From contig JAISHU010000024.1 in the NCBI GenBank assembly GCA_031262385.1, positions 318 to 64,317 of the forward strand: 64,000 bases of DNA, given 5' to 3'. Below, one piece after another: positions 22,089 to 32,250 of this stretch (position 1 is its first letter; every line of letters starts with the position of its first letter). Source of the stretch: Mediterranea sp. Lineage in GTDB: Bacteria; Bacteroidota; Bacteroidia; Bacteroidales; Bacteroidaceae. The translations under genes and the position numbers were made by a program. Under the pieces are notes generated by a model, which ran no database searches, was not told the DNA's origin, and saw only the letters and a list, made by a program, of their open reading frames with translations.

Positions 22089-22787
22089 CTAAAAGGATGT
22101 TTTGTACTCTTTCAACCCCCGGGAGAGTGCGTCCGACTTTCCTTCGGTGAGTTCGTTGAGCAACCGGTGAAACGCTTCGCCATGATTTTTTACGCGAATG
22201 TGTGCCAGTTCGTGCAGTAGCACATAGTCTATGAGATGCTTGGGCAACAGCATCAGGTAGAGCGAAAGATTGATGTTGTCTTTCGACGAACAACTGCCCC
22301 AGCGACCGGTGCTGCTGTTTATTTTCACCGCTTTATAAGGTAGGTTGTGCTCCATGGAAAGTTGATACAAACGGGGCGGAAGAATAATCTGTGCATTGCG
22401 GCGCAACGCTTCGGTAATCACCTTGCGCAACCACGTTTGCAAATCGGCATCGGCAAAGTTGGCTCCCGTTGGATAACTTATCGTCAGTTCGCCCAGCTCG
22501 GAATGTGCCTTAAAACGTTCACCTGTGCTTTGCGTCATGTGTAGTCTAAAGTAGTGGGCATCTATGGTAAAGTCTTGATCAATCAATCGGGGTTGCCTGA
22601 CCTCTTGCATCTTACGCAAACGGGGACGTAGTTTGTCTATCCCTCTGCGCAGTTCCGCTTCGGGCGTACCGGACGGCACGGTGACATGCATCACTCCGTC
22701 ACGCATGCGGAAACTTAGGTTGCGTGCCCGCGAGAGGACGTGTACTCTGATGTGCCCCAACTCTTTATCGTCTATGTAAAATTTCAT
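22089..22787 (-). CDS. YgjP/SprT-like (DUF45, M48-type) zinc metallopeptidase domain protein
   Basis: RWGSCS and YVLLHELAH..NH..F motifs. Confidence 0.88.
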   Translation of the reverse strand: MKFYIDDKELGHIRVHVLSRARNLSFRMRDGVMHVTVPSGTPEAELRRGIDKLRPRLRKMQEVRQPRLIDQDFTIDAHYFRLHMTQSTGERFKAHSELGELTISYPTGANFADADLQTWLRKVITEALRRNAQIILPPRLYQLSMEHNLPYKAVKINSSTGRWGSCSSKDNINLSLYLMLLPKHLIDYVLLHELAHIRVKNHGEAFHRLLNELTEGKSDALSRGLKEYKTSF

Positions 22788-22962
22788 ATCTCACCGGTTT
22801 GTTACGTTTTATCTTTTCGATTGTCTTTCTATTATTGACTGCAAATGAAGCTAAATAAATGACGACTTACAAAAAAAAGAGACGGAGCTTGCAACTTTTT
22901 GCAACGGGCTTTCGTCTAATCTATAAACAAACGAATATATTAACTCATATAATAATAACAAT

Positions 22963-23820
22963 ATGAAAAAGCTTATCACTCTTATGGTATGTGCATGTTT
23001 GGCAAGTGGCGCAAGCATATCGGCACAAAACAACGAATCCTCTTTTTGGGGAAGCAAAAAGATTGTTGCAAGCAATAACTATGTAACCAAGAGCATCCGC
23101 GTAGACAACTTCAATGCTATCAATGCGGCAGGCAGCTTCAACGTCACCTTCATCCAACGCGACGGTCGTCCCGAAGTAATTGTCAACACCTCGGACAACA
23201 TTGTTGACTTGCTTAATATCGCTGTAAAGAACGGTACGCTTACCGTCAACTTCAAAAAGAACGTCAATGTGTCATATAAAAAATTGGACGTTACCGTTTA
23301 TGCCAAAGACGTAAACCGTTTCTCGCTGGCAGGTTCGGGCGACTTCAACATCAAAGACGGCTTGAAGACCAATAGCGACGTGTCGCTTAGCTTGGCAGGT
23401 TCGGGCGACTTCAATGCCGGAAGCCTTAAGTGCGGCAACCTCAATGTATCGCTGGCAGGTTCGGGTGATATGGGAGTAGTGAATGTTGCGTGCGGCAATC
23501 TTATGGTTCGCATTGCCGGTTCGGGTGACATCAATGTAAAAGGTATCACTGCCGACAATACCGAAGTAAGCGTAGCGGGTTCGGGCGACATCGTCTTGAT
23601 AGGCGTTACTTCGACCGCCCAATATAGCATTGCCGGTTCGGGCGATATCTCGGCAAAAGCATTAGAAGCCAAAAGGGTGTCGGCTAGTACCACCGGTTCG
23701 GGCGATATCACCTGCTTTGCCTCCGAATACCTGAAAGTACGTGCTTCGGGCAGCGGTACGGTAGGGTACAAAGGTAATCCCCAAATAGACTACCCCGGAA
23801 AGAAACTTTATAAACTATAA
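22963..23820 (+). CDS. Head GIN domain (DUF2807) exported protein
   Basis: Signal peptide and repeated AGSGD units ending in YKGNP. Confidence 0.88.
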   Translation: MKKLITLMVCACLASGASISAQNNESSFWGSKKIVASNNYVTKSIRVDNFNAINAAGSFNVTFIQRDGRPEVIVNTSDNIVDLLNIAVKNGTLTVNFKKNVNVSYKKLDVTVYAKDVNRFSLAGSGDFNIKDGLKTNSDVSLSLAGSGDFNAGSLKCGNLNVSLAGSGDMGVVNVACGNLMVRIAGSGDINVKGITADNTEVSVAGSGDIVLIGVTSTAQYSIAGSGDISAKALEAKRVSASTTGSGDITCFASEYLKVRASGSGTVGYKGNPQIDYPGKKLYKL

Positions 23821-23835
23821 GAAACCGTTTTGAAT

Positions 23836-23899
23836 TCAGAAACTGTTTTGAATTTATTGCTCTTTGCTTTGATAGCACTAAATTCAAAACAGCTTCTGA
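23836..23899. repeat. ~65-bp palindromic REP/MITE-like repeat (full copy)
   Basis: TCAGAAACTGTTTTGAATTTA...TAAATTCAAAACAGCTTCTGA inverted arms. Related copies at 22073, 26238, 32224 and 38678. Confidence 0.75.
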
Positions 23900-23936
23900 G
23901 AACATTATATCGAAATTACATTTAACACTTCATACT

Positions 23937-26240
23937 ATGAGAAACTATTTATGGATAATTATGTCTTTGTTCTGTTCCGTGCAAGTAACCTTTGCACAAA
24001 GTATCTCCGGCACAATAATAGATGAGACAAACAATCCGCTGCCTTATGTGAATGTAGTAGCCCATAACCCAGACGACTCGACGTATGTGTCGGGTGGTGT
24101 TACAAAAGAAGATGGCAGTTTTGCTTTTCCTGTGCCCGCAACAAATGCGGACAAAAAATATTCACTCGTCATATCGTATATAGGGTATAACTCAATAACC
24201 CGGACGTGCCATGCTGGGAATGTCGGAACTATCGTTCTGACAGAAAATGCCAAGTTACTGCAAGAGGTGGTGGTTATTGGACAGAGAATAGAGCATAAAG
24301 CCAATGGCTATGTCGTCAATCTGAAGAACAATGAGATAAGCAGAGGCAAACAGGTGCCATCTCTATTGGCTTTCTTGCCGGGTGTCACGGTAGAAAACGA
24401 AGCTATCAAAATACTGTCCCGCTCGCCCCATGCTATCTATGTGGATGGGATGAAAATACAAAGCAATGAGGAGTTGGCTGCCATTCCTGCCACACAGATA
24501 GAATCGGTGGAGGTGAACTATCTATCGGGAGTCAACGAGAGTGCCAATGCCAAAGGCGGCATTATTCGGATAAAGCTGAAGAAGACACAGAATGGAGGGT
24601 ATAACGGTTATCTTCAAGGAGGCGTCACCGACGACTTCAACTATGGCTATTACGGCGAGAAAGTGAACAATGCGTTCAATGCGCGTTATGGTAATCTAAG
24701 CATATGCAATTCCATTGCCTACAACAGAAAGAAGATTTTTTCAAAAATCGAAGAAGACCATTTCTTTTATGACGATCAAAAGCACATCTATTCGGATGTA
24801 ACATTGAACGATTGGTATAAAGTATTTTACGATAGACTCAACTTGACTTACGACATCTCCAACAAACACAGCATTGGAGTTTCGCAATTGTATTATACAA
24901 ATAGAGATAAGTCGCACACCGAGACTTCCTATCGGAAAGACGATGCCCGGTATCTTTCTTCACTATATACGCCCGAACGCAACGATAAGTATCAAACCGT
25001 GATGAACTACACGTGGAATATCAGCAACACCGGGCGCAAACTGTCGGTAACCGCCGACTATCTGAGGAATGATTTAACCATAAACCAGCAACAGACTTCG
25101 ACGGAAGCTGTTCAAGGTAACAGTTATACCTCACAAAACACCGACCTGCTACGCATAAAGCCCATGATAGCCCTGCCGATAGCTAAAGGTTTGTTCTCTG
25201 TCGGTGGCGATATGCAATATGTCCACTACCGAGAGAAACAAATTGATGTGAAGGTCGACGAGATGAATGCCTCCATGAATGGTTATCAGCCGGCTCTGTT
25301 CGTCGATTATTCCGGTACCTTGAAACAGCGGATGCAATATGAAGTGGGATTGAGGTATCAAGGAAACATCATGAATGTAAATACCCAAGGCATCGTCAAT
25401 AAGAATGATTATTGGAGCTTGTGCCCAATGGTGAGCGTGATGTATATGCTCAATCCGCAAAAAGGACATATATTTACCCTACAATATAAACGGAGCATCG
25501 AAGAGTTGCCTTACAGCATTATTTCTACCTACAAGCACTATTCATCGCCTCAATCGTATGTGGTGGGCAATCCGGACTTGACCACACCCGTTAATAACGA
25601 GCTGATGGCGATGGTCGGTCTCTTTCAGAAGCTGACCTTTTTCGCAGGCTTCGTCTATATTTCCAATCGGATTTATTATGACACCAAGGTCGATACCGAG
25701 CAGAAAGATGTCAGCTATACCATGCCGCAAAACGGGAGTAGGCAATATGTTGAGTTGCTCGGCATAGAGGGAAAGGTCAATCCGTTTAAATGGTGGCAAC
25801 TCCGAGCAAGAGTGAACATGATGTTTAATTCGGCAAAGACAGAAAGCTATCGCGTCAACCATCAGGCGCATTGGACATTCCAGTTAAACAATGACCTCAA
25901 TTTCACGCAGGCTTTCGGCGGCACGCTTATGTTTCAATACGAACCGAAAACTCACTATTTGGATGTGCTGATGAAGCCTATCTTCGCAGTGTACGGCTCT
26001 CTCTACAAAACGTTCTTGAAAGACAAAATAGAATGCAGAGCCGACTTTTCGTTATATCGCAAGCGTCGTGACCGCATCACGACGACAAATGCTTATACGA
26101 AATTGTCTAACGACCACACGCGGGAGCAATATGTCAATCTTGCAGTGACATGGTATTTCAGCGGCGGCAAGAAGGTGAAGATTGCACCGACAACTCAAAG
26201 CATACAAGAGTATAAGCTGTATGAGGACGATAGAAAATAG
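23937..26240 (+). CDS. Outer-membrane beta-barrel / TonB-dependent receptor-like protein
   Basis: Signal peptide, carboxypeptidase-regulatory-like N-domain (ISYIGY...LQEVVV), plug-like LPGV, GNPDL barrel motif. Confidence 0.8.
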   Translation: MRNYLWIIMSLFCSVQVTFAQSISGTIIDETNNPLPYVNVVAHNPDDSTYVSGGVTKEDGSFAFPVPATNADKKYSLVISYIGYNSITRTCHAGNVGTIVLTENAKLLQEVVVIGQRIEHKANGYVVNLKNNEISRGKQVPSLLAFLPGVTVENEAIKILSRSPHAIYVDGMKIQSNEELAAIPATQIESVEVNYLSGVNESANAKGGIIRIKLKKTQNGGYNGYLQGGVTDDFNYGYYGEKVNNAFNARYGNLSICNSIAYNRKKIFSKIEEDHFFYDDQKHIYSDVTLNDWYKVFYDRLNLTYDISNKHSIGVSQLYYTNRDKSHTETSYRKDDARYLSSLYTPERNDKYQTVMNYTWNISNTGRKLSVTADYLRNDLTINQQQTSTEAVQGNSYTSQNTDLLRIKPMIALPIAKGLFSVGGDMQYVHYREKQIDVKVDEMNASMNGYQPALFVDYSGTLKQRMQYEVGLRYQGNIMNVNTQGIVNKNDYWSLCPMVSVMYMLNPQKGHIFTLQYKRSIEELPYSIISTYKHYSSPQSYVVGNPDLTTPVNNELMAMVGLFQKLTFFAGFVYISNRIYYDTKVDTEQKDVSYTMPQNGSRQYVELLGIEGKVNPFKWWQLRARVNMMFNSAKTESYRVNHQAHWTFQLNNDLNFTQAFGGTLMFQYEPKTHYLDVLMKPIFAVYGSLYKTFLKDKIECRADFSLYRKRRDRITTTNAYTKLSNDHTREQYVNLAVTWYFSGGKKVKIAPTTQSIQEYKLYEDDRK

Positions 26241-26338
26241 CCCTCAAATCAAAGAATACTAAAATCAAAACAGTTTCTAAGACAATCATTACAATACATA
26301 TTCATAGATTCTCTTAACAACAAATGACTTTTTATGTG

Positions 26339-26380
26339 CTCGGAGTGGTTTTCGTGAAGAAAATTGCTCCGAGGTTTTTT
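26339..26380 (+). terminator. Intrinsic terminator after the beta-barrel gene
   Basis: CTCGGAGTGGTTTTC/GAAAATTGCTCCGAG stem followed by a T run. Confidence 0.7.
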
Positions 26381-26620
26381 CGAATCCGGTGTGAAACATC
26401 CCCCTTTCTCCTCTTTCACCTCTATTCGTCCCAGAAACTCGCTATATCATAATATATTAAATCGCTGTGAAAAATAAAAAATCAAACTTCCTGTGTATAG
26501 GGAAAACACGGGATTAACGGGGCGATAATTTATTTTTTCGTGAAAAATGCCTTTTTTCTTCTTGAAAATTTTTGTGTTGTGTAAGTAAACTGTACTTTTG
26601 TATGCAATTTTGGTATAGTA

Positions 26621-26917
26621 ATGACTGACGCAGAAAGAAATCGGTTAAGCACCTTTGAAGCAAGATTACGTCACTTGATATATCTGTACGAGGAGCTAAA
26701 GCGCGAAAATGACGTGCTGAAACAGCAGCTCCGCAACGAACAGGAAGCGTATGACAAGATGCAAGACGACTATAAAACGTTGGAAACGGACTATACAAAC
26801 CTAAAAACTGCAATGGCAATCAGCCTTAACGGCAGCGATGTCCACCGGACGAAGTTGCGATTGTCTAAATTAGTGCGTGAAGTCGATAAGTGCATCGCGT
26901 TGTTAAAACAAGACTAA
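26621..26917 (+). CDS. Coiled-coil protein upstream of zapA (ZapB-like)
   Basis: 98-aa heptad-rich ORF ending LVREVDKCIALL, positioned before zapA. Confidence 0.75.
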   Translation: MTDAERNRLSTFEARLRHLIYLYEELKRENDVLKQQLRNEQEAYDKMQDDYKTLETDYTNLKTAMAISLNGSDVHRTKLRLSKLVREVDKCIALLKQD

Positions 26918-26929
26918 AAACGAAGATGT

Positions 26930-27223
26930 ATGGACGATAAGATAAAAATAAACCTCAAAATAGCAGGCAACAGCTTTGCTGCCACTACCGAACGGAAACG
27001 TGAAGAAATGGCGAGAAAAGCGGCTAAAGAGGTGGACGTACAGTTCAACGAATTGATGAACAAATACGACGGAAAGCTTTCTAAAGAACGGGCTATTGCC
27101 ATCGTTGCATACAACTATGCGTTGGAAAGCCTCCTGCTCAGAGAAGGTAACGACACCGAACCGTACGACCAAAAGGTAATGGAACTGACTAAGGTGCTGG
27201 AAAACTGTATAAAAGGAGAATAA
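26930..27223 (+). CDS. zapA: Cell division protein ZapA
   Basis: KIKINLKIAG...EEMARKAAK pattern, size, and position before rny. Confidence 0.8.
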   Translation: MDDKIKINLKIAGNSFAATTERKREEMARKAAKEVDVQFNELMNKYDGKLSKERAIAIVAYNYALESLLLREGNDTEPYDQKVMELTKVLENCIKGE

Positions 27224-27340
27224 TCGCTCCATACACCCGTCTGCTACCCCGAAAGTTCTACCTCTAAACAGAATAATCTGCGCACTGTGCAAAGGAACTC
27301 TCAATACCCGAGAGTAGCTTTAACAGTGCGCTTTTTTAGT
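27224..27340 (+). ncRNA. Structured RNA candidate (6S-like or rny attenuator)
   Basis: Long interrupted hairpin at 27280-27331 followed by T6, lying directly after zapA. Confidence 0.3.
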
Positions 27341-27378
27341 ATAGTATTAGGATATAAATTAAAAACAATTTACAAACA

Positions 27379-28917
27379 ATGACAGTAATAACCATAATTG
27401 CATCCATTGCCTCTCTGCTTATAGGCGGAGTCGCGGCATACATTCTCTTCAGATACGGATTGAAATCCAAATATAACAAAGTTCTGAAGGAAGCGGAGGC
27501 CGAAGGAGAAGTTATCAAGAAAAACAAGTTGCTGGAAGTCAAAGAGAAGTTCCTCAATAAAAAAGCCGACTTGGAAAAAGAGGTATCTATCCGCAACCAG
27601 AAAATCCAGCAGGTAGAAAACAAACTGAAACAGCGCGAATTGGTGCTGAACCAGCGTCAGGAAGAAATTCAACGCAAGAAGGCGGAAGCCGAAGCGGTAC
27701 GCGAAAATCTCGAAACTCAACTCTCTATCGTCGACAAAAAGAAAGACGAATTGGATAAACTGCAACAGCAGGAAATAGAACGACTCGAAGCCATTGCCGG
27801 TCTGTCGGCGGAAGAAGCCAAGGAACGTATGGTGGAATCGCTCAAAGAGGAGGCTAAAACGCAGGCACAGTCGTACATCAACGACATTGTGGACGATGCT
27901 AAACTCACCGCAAGCAAAGAGGCTAAGCGCATCGTGATCCAGTCTATCCAACGCGTTGCCACCGAAACAGCCATCGAAAACTCCGTAACGGTGTTCCACA
28001 TTGACTCGGACGAAATAAAAGGACGCATCATCGGCCGCGAAGGACGCAACATCCGCGCACTCGAAGCTGCCACCGGCGTAGAAATTGTGGTAGACGACAC
28101 CCCCGAAGCCATTGTGTTGTCGGCTTTCGACCCTGTACGCCGCGAAGTAGCCCGTCTGGCGTTGCATCAATTGGTAACCGACGGTCGTATTCACCCTGCC
28201 CGCATCGAAGAAGTGGTAGCGAAGGTACGCAAACAGGTAGAAGAAGAGATTATAGAAACCGGTAAGCGTACCACTATCGACCTTGGCATACACGGTTTGC
28301 ATCCCGACCTTGTGCGTATCATCGGTAAAATGAAATATCGTTCGTCGTACGGACAAAATCTGCTACAACACTCGCGCGAAACAGCAAACCTCTGTTCCGT
28401 AATGGCTGCCGAACTGGGCTTGAACCCCAAGAAAGCCAAACGCGCCGGCTTGCTGCACGACATTGGTAAGGTGCCCGACGAGGAATCGGAATTGCCGCAC
28501 GCACTCTATGGTATGAAGCTTGCCGAGAAGTATAAAGAGAAACCGGATATTTGTAACGCTATCGGCGCGCACCACGACGAAGTGGAGATGACCAGCTTGC
28601 TGGCTCCTATCGTACAGGTTTGCGATGCCATATCAGGTGCCCGCCCCGGTGCACGTCGCGAAATTGTGGAAGCCTATATCAAGCGCCTCAACGATCTCGA
28701 ACAACTCGCCATGGCGTACCCCGGCGTTACCAAGACTTACGCGATACAAGCGGGTCGCGACCTGCGTGTCATCGTGGGAGCCGACAAGATTGACGACAAG
28801 CAAACCGAAAGCTTGTCGGGCGAAATAGCTAAAAAGATACAGGATGAAATGACCTATCCGGGTCAGGTAAAGATTACCGTTATCCGCGAAACGCGTGCGG
28901 TGAGCTTTGCAAAATAA
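27379..28917 (+). CDS. rny: Ribonuclease Y
   Basis: N-terminal TM, coiled coil, KH domain ([13 protein letters not shown]), HD domain (LLHDIGK). Confidence 0.97.
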   Translation: MTVITIIASIASLLIGGVAAYILFRYGLKSKYNKVLKEAEAEGEVIKKNKLLEVKEKFLNKKADLEKEVSIRNQKIQQVENKLKQRELVLNQRQEEIQRKKAEAEAVRENLETQLSIVDKKKDELDKLQQQEIERLEAIAGLSAEEAKERMVESLKEEAKTQAQSYINDIVDDAKLTASKEAKRIVIQSIQRVATETAIENSVTVFHIDSDEIKGRIIGREGRNIRALEAATGVEIVVDDTPEAIVLSAFDPVRREVARLALHQLVTDGRIHPARIEEVVAKVRKQVEEEIIETGKRTTIDLGIHGLHPDLVRIIGKMKYRSSYGQNLLQHSRETANLCSVMAAELGLNPKKAKRAGLLHDIGKVPDEESELPHALYGMKLAEKYKEKPDICNAIGAHHDEVEMTSLLAPIVQVCDAISGARPGARREIVEAYIKRLNDLEQLAMAYPGVTKTYAIQAGRDLRVIVGADKIDDKQTESLSGEIAKKIQDEMTYPGQVKITVIRETRAVSFAK

Positions 28918-28930
28918 GCTGCACATAGCT

Positions 28931-29683
28931 ATGCGGTTCGAAGTTTGCGCCAACTCCGTGGAGAGTTGCCTTGCTGCACAGGCAGGCGGTGCCGACAGGG
29001 TAGAACTCTGTGCCGGCATCCCCGAAGGGGGTACCACTCCTTCGTTTGGCGACATTGCCTTGGCGCGCGAACAGCTTACAAGCACCCGCTTGCATGTCAT
29101 CATCCGTCCGCGTGGCGGCGACTTTCTTTACTCGCCGTTGGAACAACGCATCATGCTGAAAGATATAGAAAACGCCCGTCGACAAGAAGTCGACGGGCTT
29201 GTTTTCGGTTGTCTCACTCCGCAAGGCGACATCGACCTTTCATTCTTACGACAACTGATGGATGCTTCGCAAGGAGTGTCTGTTACTTTTCACCGCGCTT
29301 TCGATGTATGCCGCAGCCCGCAAGAGGCACTGGAACAACTCGTTGAGGTAGGTGTCAATCGCATCCTTACTTCGGGCGGACAATCCACCGCTCTGCAAGG
29401 CATTCCCCTGTTGAAAGTGCTGAACCGACAAGCTGCCGGACGTATCACCCTGCTTGCCGGTAGCGGCGTCAACAGTCAAAACATTGCCCGCATCGCCGCC
29501 GAAACCGGCATTACGGAATTTCACTTCTCCGCCCGCGAAGAGATAGGAAGCCCTATGATTTTCCGCAACGAAGCCGTCTCAATGGGTGGTACCGTGAAGA
29601 TAGAGGAGTATCGCCGTCCGGTAACGACAGTGCGAAAGGTGGAAGAGATTATTGCGGCGGGAAAAGAAGCTTTAGGAATTTAA
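28931..29683 (+). CDS. cutC: Copper homeostasis protein CutC
   Basis: EVC...GADRVELC...GGTTPS, IRPRGGDF, TFHRAFD, RILTSG. Confidence 0.95.
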   Translation: MRFEVCANSVESCLAAQAGGADRVELCAGIPEGGTTPSFGDIALAREQLTSTRLHVIIRPRGGDFLYSPLEQRIMLKDIENARRQEVDGLVFGCLTPQGDIDLSFLRQLMDASQGVSVTFHRAFDVCRSPQEALEQLVEVGVNRILTSGGQSTALQGIPLLKVLNRQAAGRITLLAGSGVNSQNIARIAAETGITEFHFSAREEIGSPMIFRNEAVSMGGTVKIEEYRRPVTTVRKVEEIIAAGKEALGI

Positions 29684-29684
29684 C

Positions 29685-30806
29685 TTACACCCATCGCTTC
29701 CGTTTCATCCACAGATAATATCCTGTAAGCGGTAGCGAAGCACCCACCAGCGCAGCAAAAAACCAGATGATACGGGTAATTGTGCCGCCGAAACTTCCCA
29801 CATGTAGCGAATAAATCCAGCCGAATATCTTGTTGGCTTTCGCGGCATCCCGATAGAGCACAACTCCCGTGAATTCGCCTGTGTGCGAATCGTACTTGTA
29901 TTGATCGGCTGCGCGCCGGTTACCCCAACGGTCGAACGTAACCGAGGCTACACCTTGTCCCACTGTTATTTGGTGGTATGCAGAATTGGCTGCCGCCAAT
30001 TGATTGTAGACATTTTGCCAATGTGCGAAAGGCAATCGACTCGCATCTCCTCCTTCCTTACGACGTTCTCCACCTCCTTCGCCTTTACCCAAACTTCCGC
30101 CGTGTCCACCACCGGTCGGTGCCTCTACGCCGAATATTTTGTAAAGCCCTGTACGATACCAGTCGAACGACCATGTAAGTCCCGTGAGCGACATCATCAA
30201 CAGAAACAGAAAGATGTAAATGCCTACCGATACATGCAGGTCGTACCACAGTCTCCTCCGCCCTTTTTGTCGCTCCACGCGGAGGCGGTTTCTTAATGCT
30301 TTGCGGTTACGTGGAATCCATACGAAGAGTCCGGATAGCAAGACAAAGACAAAAGCAAGTGTAGATACACCCACAATCATCTTACCCCAAAACATTCCAC
30401 CATCGGGTTTTATGGTGTCGAGTAGCCAGCGATGTAGGCGGAACATAAATGCAAAGAAGGGGGCGCGTTCGTAACGTCCGGTAATTTCGCCTGTGTAGGG
30501 GTTGATGTAGACCGATGCACGGCGTGGTTGCGACAGCGTGGCTTGCCATGTACGTTGCGGGTCGGCAAAGGCGGTAAGTCCCGTTACCGTTATGCTGTCG
30601 GGCAGAGTAGCAGTCACCCTCTCTGCCAATTCATCCATTGAAAGCGTGGAGCTGCCTGCCTCTTTTACAAAATAAAGAGGCTGTTGGGCAGCTTCACTAA
30701 TCTCTTTTTCGAATACCAGTGCTGCACCCGAAAAGCATAGCACTGAAATAATCAGTCCGAAAGGAAGAGATAGCCACAGATGTAACTTTTTAAAAGTCTT
30801 TCTCAT
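29685..30806 (-). CDS. PepSY-associated TM helix protein
   Basis: KLHLWL, RLHRWL, YDLH and SLHVG His motifs with TM helices. Confidence 0.9.
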   Translation of the reverse strand: MRKTFKKLHLWLSLPFGLIISVLCFSGAALVFEKEISEAAQQPLYFVKEAGSSTLSMDELAERVTATLPDSITVTGLTAFADPQRTWQATLSQPRRASVYINPYTGEITGRYERAPFFAFMFRLHRWLLDTIKPDGGMFWGKMIVGVSTLAFVFVLLSGLFVWIPRNRKALRNRLRVERQKGRRRLWYDLHVSVGIYIFLFLLMMSLTGLTWSFDWYRTGLYKIFGVEAPTGGGHGGSLGKGEGGGERRKEGGDASRLPFAHWQNVYNQLAAANSAYHQITVGQGVASVTFDRWGNRRAADQYKYDSHTGEFTGVVLYRDAAKANKIFGWIYSLHVGSFGGTITRIIWFFAALVGASLPLTGYYLWMKRKRWV

Positions 30807-30821
30807 TGCGCTCAAGGCTTG

Positions 30822-32192
30822 TTATTGTATGGTAAGCCGTCCTACGGCACTTACACCGTCGGCCGTGACGGTCAGCCCTTTAGTCGCGGTAGCCGTAACG
30901 GGGTCTATGCGGTAGAGTGCCGGCTGATTGCCGTCATTGGTTACCACCGGCATATACGAAACTCCCTTTTCGTTGTAAGGCTCGTTGGCAAACGACGTGA
31001 TAAGAGCCGGTTCGGGTAACTCCGTTACATAGCGTAATGTTTTATCTTCACCTTTGAAGACAGCCAGTTTGGTGGTGGCGATGCCTGTTCCGTTCAATCC
31101 ATTGGTGTACATTTGCAGCAGGAAGTAGTCGCCTGTCATATGCCAACAGCGATAAAGCGGTTGTCCGCCGGTAAGTTCTTCGAGGTTAACGTAGTAGTCG
31201 GCATCAAACTCCTTGGCGCCTTTCTTGATGCGTACCACGCCGGAAGGAAGTTTGCCCGGAGTCTGATACTTGTTCGATGTGAGGCGTCCGTAGCCGGGCG
31301 AAAAGAGATACACATCACCGTTGTCCGCCGCCCAAATGGTTTGCAGGTATTGTGAACGGTTGCGTCCGCAAGCATAACCAATTTTATCGCTCTTTATAAT
31401 TGTGGGGTTAAGGATAGCAAACTGCTCGTTGGGGTAGATAGCCACCCAAGCGTAGTCGGGGTATTGCGTACCGGGTACTACCCCTGTTCCGTAGGCACCG
31501 CTGCCGGTACCGCCGTCTTCTTGAGTTATCAAGTCGGGATTGGTAACCCACTTGCCGCCATCGCTCTGCACACCGTAACGGCTCAATCCCATCGGTATTA
31601 CCGATGTGTACACCAGATTGTTTGCCTCAACGATACCCGCAAGGCTCACATACTCGCCGTTACCCAAAAAGTTCTCGCATGGCAGCGTAGCATTCGAGGT
31701 TATTTCATTGGTGGCGTGCAGGTAAGTGATCCCCAATCCTTTAGCTACATTTCCTGCGTCGTCTTTTTTATCCGTGTCGGCAGCCGAAACGGTCATTACA
31801 TAGTTGTCTACCGTTGCATAAGTGGTGAAGCGGGTGATGTTGTATTCGCTGTCACGGGCTTCTATAGCGCCGTTGGCATTGAGCTGATAAGACGATGTTA
31901 CGCCGGCATTGCCCTGATTGTATTGCAATCGATAGAGGTACTTGTCTTCATAAAAATGCCACATGGTACCGGTGGGGGTTTCCATACCGCCGCCTACGGC
32001 AGTGACACTGCCTTCGTCCAACGATTCGGCTTGCAGCAGATAGTTGGCACCACCTGCGGTGGCGGAAATAATATACTGCCCTTGTTTGTTCGACGGATTG
32101 GAAGGGAATGGAGAATCATTCTCACAGGAAGTCAACGTGCTTCCCAACAAAACTGCGGTTGCAAAGACCGATTTAAAATAGAACTTTTTCAT
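30822..32192 (-). CDS. DUF4374-type lipoprotein
   Basis: Lipobox LTSC and YLYRLQYNQGNAG. Sits between a TonB receptor and PepSY, the usual context for this family. Confidence 0.8.
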   Translation of the reverse strand: MKKFYFKSVFATAVLLGSTLTSCENDSPFPSNPSNKQGQYIISATAGGANYLLQAESLDEGSVTAVGGGMETPTGTMWHFYEDKYLYRLQYNQGNAGVTSSYQLNANGAIEARDSEYNITRFTTYATVDNYVMTVSAADTDKKDDAGNVAKGLGITYLHATNEITSNATLPCENFLGNGEYVSLAGIVEANNLVYTSVIPMGLSRYGVQSDGGKWVTNPDLITQEDGGTGSGAYGTGVVPGTQYPDYAWVAIYPNEQFAILNPTIIKSDKIGYACGRNRSQYLQTIWAADNGDVYLFSPGYGRLTSNKYQTPGKLPSGVVRIKKGAKEFDADYYVNLEELTGGQPLYRCWHMTGDYFLLQMYTNGLNGTGIATTKLAVFKGEDKTLRYVTELPEPALITSFANEPYNEKGVSYMPVVTNDGNQPALYRIDPVTATATKGLTVTADGVSAVGRLTIQ

Positions 32193-32250
32193 TTTGTAAG
32201 ATACTTAATTATTTATATTGTATTTAGGAGCTGTTTTGATTTTAGTGCTC

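Noticed and set aside
23325-23710. Recurrent GGTTCGGGCGA DNA motif
   Set aside because: It encodes the AGSGD repeats of the GIN-domain protein and is not an independent DNA repeat.
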